Positions 59,739-64,000 of a DNA stretch of 64,000 nucleotides are shown one piece after another. The stretch is from Paracoccaceae bacterium (GTDB lineage: Bacteria; Pseudomonadota; Alphaproteobacteria; Rhodobacterales; Rhodobacteraceae): assembly GCA_030950185.1 (NCBI GenBank), contig JAUZRU010000003.1:5003-69002 (forward strand). Direction: 5' to 3'. Below the pieces are notes generated by a model that did not search any database, was not told the origin of the DNA, and saw only the letters and a list, made by a program, of their open reading frames with translations. Both the position numbers and the translations under genes were made by a program. Numbering within the stretch: the stretch's first letter is position 1; each line of letters opens with the position of its first letter.

Positions 59739-60353
59739 ATGGGCATTGCAGCCTTTGCATTCTACCTGTTCGCGCTGGTCGCGGTGGTTTCCGCCTTCCT
59801 GGTGGTGATATCGCGCAACCCGGTCCACTCGGTCCTGTGGCTGATCCTGACATTCTTTTCGGCCGCCGGGCTGTTCGTGCTGCTGGGGGCCGAATTCGTC
59901 GCGATGCTGCTGGTGATCGTCTATATGGGCGCGGTGGCCGTGCTGTTCCTGTTCGTCGTGATGATGCTGGATGTCGATTTTGCCGAACTGCGCGGGCAGC
60001 TGGCGCAATATCTGCCGCTGGGGCTGCTGATCGGCGTGATCCTGCTGATGGAGCTTGGCATGGCCTTTGGCGCCTGGGAATTTTCGGTTGGCCATGAGGC
60101 TGCGCGCGCTGCGGTGACGCCGCCGATCGACCAGGTGCAGAACACCGCCGCGCTGGGGCAGATCGTCTATACGCAATATATCTATCCGTTCCAGGCGGCG
60201 GGGCTGATCCTGCTGGTGGCCATGATCGGGGCGATCGTTCTGACGCTGCGCCACCGCACGAATGTCAAGCGGCAGGACGTGCTTGAACAGATTTACCGCG
60301 ATCCGGCCAAGAGCATGGATCTGAAGGACATCAAACCGGGGCAGGGGCTTTGA
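59739..60353 (+). CDS. nuoJ: NADH-quinone oxidoreductase subunit J
   Basis: 204 aa from [31 protein letters not shown] (typical ND6/NuoJ N-terminus). AAGGGGA RBS upstream. The ORF-track start at 59667 adds a non-membrane extension. Confidence 0.92.
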   Translation: MGIAAFAFYLFALVAVVSAFLVVISRNPVHSVLWLILTFFSAAGLFVLLGAEFVAMLLVIVYMGAVAVLFLFVVMMLDVDFAELRGQLAQYLPLGLLIGVILLMELGMAFGAWEFSVGHEAARAAVTPPIDQVQNTAALGQIVYTQYIYPFQAAGLILLVAMIGAIVLTLRHRTNVKRQDVLEQIYRDPAKSMDLKDIKPGQGL

Positions 60354-60354
60354 G

Positions 60355-60663
60355 ATGGAAATCGGACTGACACATTACCTTACCGTGGCCGCCTTTCTGT
60401 TCGTGATCGGCATCTTCGGCATCTTCCTGAACCGCAAGAACGTCATCGTCATCCTGATGTCGATCGAACTGATGCTGCTGGCGGTGAATATCAACTTTGT
60501 GGCCTTTTCCGCCTATCTGGGCGATCTGGTCGGGCAGGTCTTTACCCTGTTCGTCCTGACTGTCGCAGCCGCCGAGGCCGCTATCGGGCTGGCCATTCTG
60601 GTCTGTTTCTTCCGCACCCGCGGCTCGATCGCCGTGGATGATGTGAATGTGATGAAGGGCTAA
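60355..60663 (+). CDS. nuoK: NADH-quinone oxidoreductase subunit K
   Basis: 102 aa with 3 TM segments. ND4L motifs ([24 protein letters not shown]). Confidence 0.96.
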   Translation: MEIGLTHYLTVAAFLFVIGIFGIFLNRKNVIVILMSIELMLLAVNINFVAFSAYLGDLVGQVFTLFVLTVAAAEAAIGLAILVCFFRTRGSIAVDDVNVMKG

Positions 60664-60669
60664 GACATC

Positions 60670-62658
60670 ATGGAAACCATCATCCTTTTCGCGCCGCTGC
60701 TTGGCGCCATCATCTCGGGCTTTGGCTACAAGCTGGTTGGCGAGCGGCTGGCCATCACCACGGCGACGGCGCTGCTGTTTCTGGCGGCGGCGCTCAGCTG
60801 GGTCGTGTTCCTCGGCTTTGACGGCACGACGCAGCAGATCCCGATCATGCGCTGGATCGAGTCGGGCTCGCTTTCCACCGACTGGGCGATCCGGCTGGAT
60901 CGGCTGACCACCATCATGCTGGTGGTCGTCACCACGGTTTCAAGCCTCGTGCATCTGTATTCCTTTGGATACATGAAGGACGACCCGCAATTCGGCGAGG
61001 GCGAAAGCTATATGCCCCGCTTCTTTGCCTATCTCAGCTTTTTCACATTCGCGATGCTGATGCTGGTGACCAGCGACAACCTGTTGCAGATGTATTTCGG
61101 CTGGGAAGGGGTCGGCGTTGCCTCCTATCTGCTGATCGGTTTCTACTATCGCAAGCCAAGCGCCGGGGCCGCGGCCATGAAGGCCTTTATCGTCAACCGT
61201 GTCGGTGACTTCGGTTTTGCGCTGGGGATCTTTGCGACCTACTACATGGTGGACAGCATCAATTTTTCGGATGTGTTTGCCGCCGGGCCCAAACTGGCCG
61301 AAAGCTCGATCCACTTCCTGTGGATGGATCTGAACGCGGCCGAGGCGATTGCCTTCCTGCTGTTCATCGGCGCGATGGGCAAATCGGCACAGCTGTTCCT
61401 GCACACATGGTTGCCCGACGCGATGGAGGGCCCGACCCCGGTTTCGGCCCTGATCCACGCTGCGACCATGGTGACCGCGGGCGTGTTTCTGGTCAGCCGC
61501 ATGTCGCCGCTGTTCGAACATGCGCCCGGAACGCTGGCATTCGTCACCGTGATCGGTGCCGTGACCGCCTTTGTGGCGGCCTCGATCGGGCTGGTGCAGA
61601 ACGACATCAAGCGCGTCATCGCCTATTCGACGATGAGCCAGCTCGGCTACATGTTCGCAGCCGCAGGTGTCGGCGTCTATCAGGCGGCGATGTTCCACCT
61701 GTTCACCCACGCGTTCTTCAAGGCGATGCTGTTTCTTGGGGCGGGCTCGGTCATCACTGCCATGCACCACGAACAGGACATGCGCAACTATGGCGCCCTG
61801 CGCCGCAAGATCCCTGTGACCTTCTGGGCCATGATCATCGGCACATTGGCCATCACCGGCGTGGGCATCCCCGCTTCGCTGATCAAGCTGGGCGACACAC
61901 CCATCGGCTTTGCCGGCTTCGTGTCGAAGGATTCGATCATCGAAAGCACCTTTGCCGCAGGCGCAGGGGTTGGCCATTTCGCCTTTGTGCTGCTGGTTCT
62001 GGCGGCGGCAATGACGGCCTTCTATTCGTGGCGCCTGATCTTCATGACTTTCTACGGCACGCCCAAGGGCGACAGGCATGCGCATGAGCACGCCCATGAA
62101 AGCCCGATGGTCATGCTGATCCCGCTGATCGTTCTGGCCGTCGGGTCGGTTTTCGCCGGCATGATCTGGTTTGGCGATTTCGTGGGCGAGAAGGCGCATG
62201 AATTCTTTGGCAGCGCCATCTTTACCGGCCCCGAAAACGAGGTGCTTCACCTGTCGCACAGCATTCCCGAATGGGCGGCGCTATCGCCCTTTGTCGCGAT
62301 GGTCGTGGGCTTCCTGCTGGCCTGGCAGTTCTATATCCGCAAGCCGCAGGCGCCTGCCGTACTGGCCCGCCACCTGGCGCCGCTGTATCAGCTGCTGCTG
62401 AACAAGTACTATTTCGACGAGATCTATGACTTTGTCTTTGTCCGCACGGCGAAATGGCTTGGCCGTTTCCTGTGGAAAAAGGGCGACGGCGCGGTCATTG
62501 ACGGCACCATCAACGGTGTGGCCCTGGGGCTGGTTCCAAGAGTCACGCGTTTTGTCCAGAGGATTCAATCCGGCTATGTCTATCACTATGCGCTGGCCAC
62601 GGTTGTCGGGGTTGTCGCCCTGGTCACCTGGGTCTCGATCAGCGGAGGAACCCACTGA
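60670..62658 (+). CDS. nuoL: NADH-quinone oxidoreductase subunit L
   Basis: 662 aa. ND5-type antiporter-like subunit ([25 protein letters not shown]). Confidence 0.96.
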   Translation: METIILFAPLLGAIISGFGYKLVGERLAITTATALLFLAAALSWVVFLGFDGTTQQIPIMRWIESGSLSTDWAIRLDRLTTIMLVVVTTVSSLVHLYSFGYMKDDPQFGEGESYMPRFFAYLSFFTFAMLMLVTSDNLLQMYFGWEGVGVASYLLIGFYYRKPSAGAAAMKAFIVNRVGDFGFALGIFATYYMVDSINFSDVFAAGPKLAESSIHFLWMDLNAAEAIAFLLFIGAMGKSAQLFLHTWLPDAMEGPTPVSALIHAATMVTAGVFLVSRMSPLFEHAPGTLAFVTVIGAVTAFVAASIGLVQNDIKRVIAYSTMSQLGYMFAAAGVGVYQAAMFHLFTHAFFKAMLFLGAGSVITAMHHEQDMRNYGALRRKIPVTFWAMIIGTLAITGVGIPASLIKLGDTPIGFAGFVSKDSIIESTFAAGAGVGHFAFVLLVLAAAMTAFYSWRLIFMTFYGTPKGDRHAHEHAHESPMVMLIPLIVLAVGSVFAGMIWFGDFVGEKAHEFFGSAIFTGPENEVLHLSHSIPEWAALSPFVAMVVGFLLAWQFYIRKPQAPAVLARHLAPLYQLLLNKYYFDEIYDFVFVRTAKWLGRFLWKKGDGAVIDGTINGVALGLVPRVTRFVQRIQSGYVYHYALATVVGVVALVTWVSISGGTH

Positions 62659-64000
62659 TGGATAACCTTCTGTCTATCGTCACCTTCATCCCGCTGATTG
62701 CGGCCGTGATCCTGGCGCTTTTCCTGCGTGGCGAGGACGAAGCCGCGCAGCTGGCCGCCAAGCGCGTGGCGCTGGCGACCACGGTTGCGACCTTCCTGAT
62801 CTCGATCGTCATATATGTTCAGTTCGATCCTTCCAATCCGGGCTTCCAGATGGTGGAAGAGCACAAATGGATCGGCGGCTTCAACTACAAGCTGGGCGTT
62901 GACGGGATCTCGATCCTGTTTGTTCTGCTGACCACCTTCCTGATGCCGCTGGTCATCGGTGCCAGCTGGAACGTGAACACCCGCGTCAAGGAATACATGA
63001 TCGCGTTTCTGGTGCTCGAAACCCTGATGATCGCGGTCTTCAGCGCGCTTGATCTGGTGCTGTTCTATGTGGTGTTCGAGGCCGGCCTCATCCCGATGTT
63101 CCTGATCATCGGGATCTGGGGCGGCAAGGAACGCATCTATGCCAGCTTCAAGTTCTTCCTCTATACGCTGCTGGGCTCGGTGCTGATGCTGGTTGCGATC
63201 ATCGCCATGTATCTCGAGGCGGGGACAACCGACATTCCGACCTTGCTGACACACAGCTTCCCGTCAACGACCATCACGATTCTGGGCTGGCACATCAAGG
63301 GTGGCATGCAGACGCTGCTGTTCCTGGCGTTTCTTGCGTCTTTCGCGGTCAAGCTGCCGATGTGGCCGGTGCATACCTGGCTGCCGGATGCCCATGTTCA
63401 GGCGCCCACGGCGGGTTCGGTCGTGCTGGCGGCCATCCTGTTGAAGATGGGCGGATACGGCTTCCTGCGGTTCAGCCTGCCCATGTTCCCCGATGCCAGC
63501 GCGCTGCTGGCGCCCTTCATGATGTGGCTTGGCGTGATTGCCGTGATCTATACGTCGCTGGTTGCCCTCATGCAGGAGGACATGAAAAAGCTGATCGCCT
63601 ATTCATCGGTTGCCCATATGGGCCTGGTGACCATGGGTGTCTTTGCCGCGACGCGGCAGGGCGTGGACGGCGCGATCTTCCAGATGATCAGCCACGGCTT
63701 CATTTCGGGCGCGCTGTTCCTTTGCGTCGGCGTTGTCTATGATCGCATGCACACGCGCGAGATCGCGGCCTATGGCGGGCTGGTCAACCGGATGCCGGCC
63801 TATGCGCTGATCTTCATGCTGTTCACGCTGGCCAATGTGGGCCTGCCGGGCACAAGCGGCTTTGTCGGTGAATTCGTCACGCTTGTCGGCGTGTTCGAGG
63901 CCAATAGCTGGGTCGCATTCTTTGCGGCCACTGGCATGATCCTGTCGGCGGCCTATGCGCTGTGGCTGTATCGCAGGGTGATCTTTGGCGCGCTGATCAA
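62658..64000 (+). CDS. nuoM: NADH-quinone oxidoreductase subunit M (3' end beyond the window)
   Basis: The ATG at 62658 overlaps the nuoL TGA by 1 nt. My own translation reads [22 protein letters not shown]...[37 protein letters not shown], which is ND4-like. The frame stays open to the window end. Confidence 0.93.
   Translation, partial: MDNLLSIVTFIPLIAAVILALFLRGEDEAAQLAAKRVALATTVATFLISIVIYVQFDPSNPGFQMVEEHKWIGGFNYKLGVDGISILFVLLTTFLMPLVIGASWNVNTRVKEYMIAFLVLETLMIAVFSALDLVLFYVVFEAGLIPMFLIIGIWGGKERIYASFKFFLYTLLGSVLMLVAIIAMYLEAGTTDIPTLLTHSFPSTTITILGWHIKGGMQTLLFLAFLASFAVKLPMWPVHTWLPDAHVQAPTAGSVVLAAILLKMGGYGFLRFSLPMFPDASALLAPFMMWLGVIAVIYTSLVALMQEDMKKLIAYSSVAHMGLVTMGVFAATRQGVDGAIFQMISHGFISGALFLCVGVVYDRMHTREIAAYGGLVNRMPAYALIFMLFTLANVGLPGTSGFVGEFVTLVGVFEANSWVAFFAATGMILSAAYALWLYRRVIFGALI

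Noticed and set aside
55223-60254. 753-aa and 752-aa ORFs (55223-57484, 57996-60254) antisense to nuoG and to nuoH/I/J
   Set aside because: Antisense artefacts opposite strongly supported nuo genes. Their His/Arg/Gln-rich translations carry no motifs.

Overview
This is a GC-rich, densely coding chromosomal segment with about 68 CDS and 1 tRNA. No rRNA, transposase, integrase, phage gene, CRISPR array, toxin-antitoxin pair or recognisable defence gene was seen. Gene order and protein sequences look alphaproteobacterial, of the Rhodobacteraceae (Paracoccus/Rhodobacter) type. That placement is an inference from the nuo cluster being interrupted by small unknown ORFs and from the ihfA-MerR, yceD-rpmF-plsX-fabH and SPOR-nagZ-scpA-scpB arrangements.

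Gene blocks in order:
- 1-7.3 kb: MarC-family protein, argS, SPOR protein-nagZ-scpA-scpB, dcd.
- 7.3-12.9 kb: tRNA-Pro(GGG), MerR-ihfA, fabH-plsX-rpmF-yceD, bamE, msrB.
- 12.9-17.2 kb: OlsB-like N-acyltransferase, moaA, a lipoprotein, an acyl-CoA synthetase.
- 17.2-20.5 kb: a small glycosyltransferase islet (GT11, a GT-A-like unknown, GT25) with a Cys-X5-Arg phosphatase.
- 20.7-25.6 kb: a PotABCD-type ABC importer.
- 25.6-32.1 kb: AEC transporter, MBL hydrolase, TatD-family hydrolase, holB, tmk, a D-Ala-D-Ala carboxypeptidase, a SPOR lipoprotein.
- 32.2-40.9 kb: PNPOx-family protein, glmS-glmU, HAD phosphatase, PaiB-family protein, DegT aminotransferase, DsbD-like membrane protein, APC permease.
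- 41.0-48.3 kb: leucine/isovalerate catabolic (liu) operon: ivd, mccB, mccA, GST, HMG-CoA lyase, enoyl-CoA hydratase.
- 48.5-64.0 kb: complex I operon nuoA to nuoM (nuoM truncated by the window end), with five interspersed unknown ORFs.

I cannot point to a clear-cut new multi-gene system. The strongest unexplained signals are:
1. A 21-bp AT-rich intergenic repeat family, TTCTTCTTTG-NNN-AAATACTC, with at least 10 copies, some as inverted dimers inside operons.
2. The glycosyltransferase/phosphatase islet.
3. The non-nuo ORFs embedded in the nuo operon. One is a membrane-anchored paralog of the C-terminal extension of NuoE.
4. Several AT-rich perfect palindromes at promoter or leader positions (liu, nuo), plus an orphan perfect FNR-type box between convergent genes.

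All function calls rest on motifs read by eye in the supplied translations. No database search was run.
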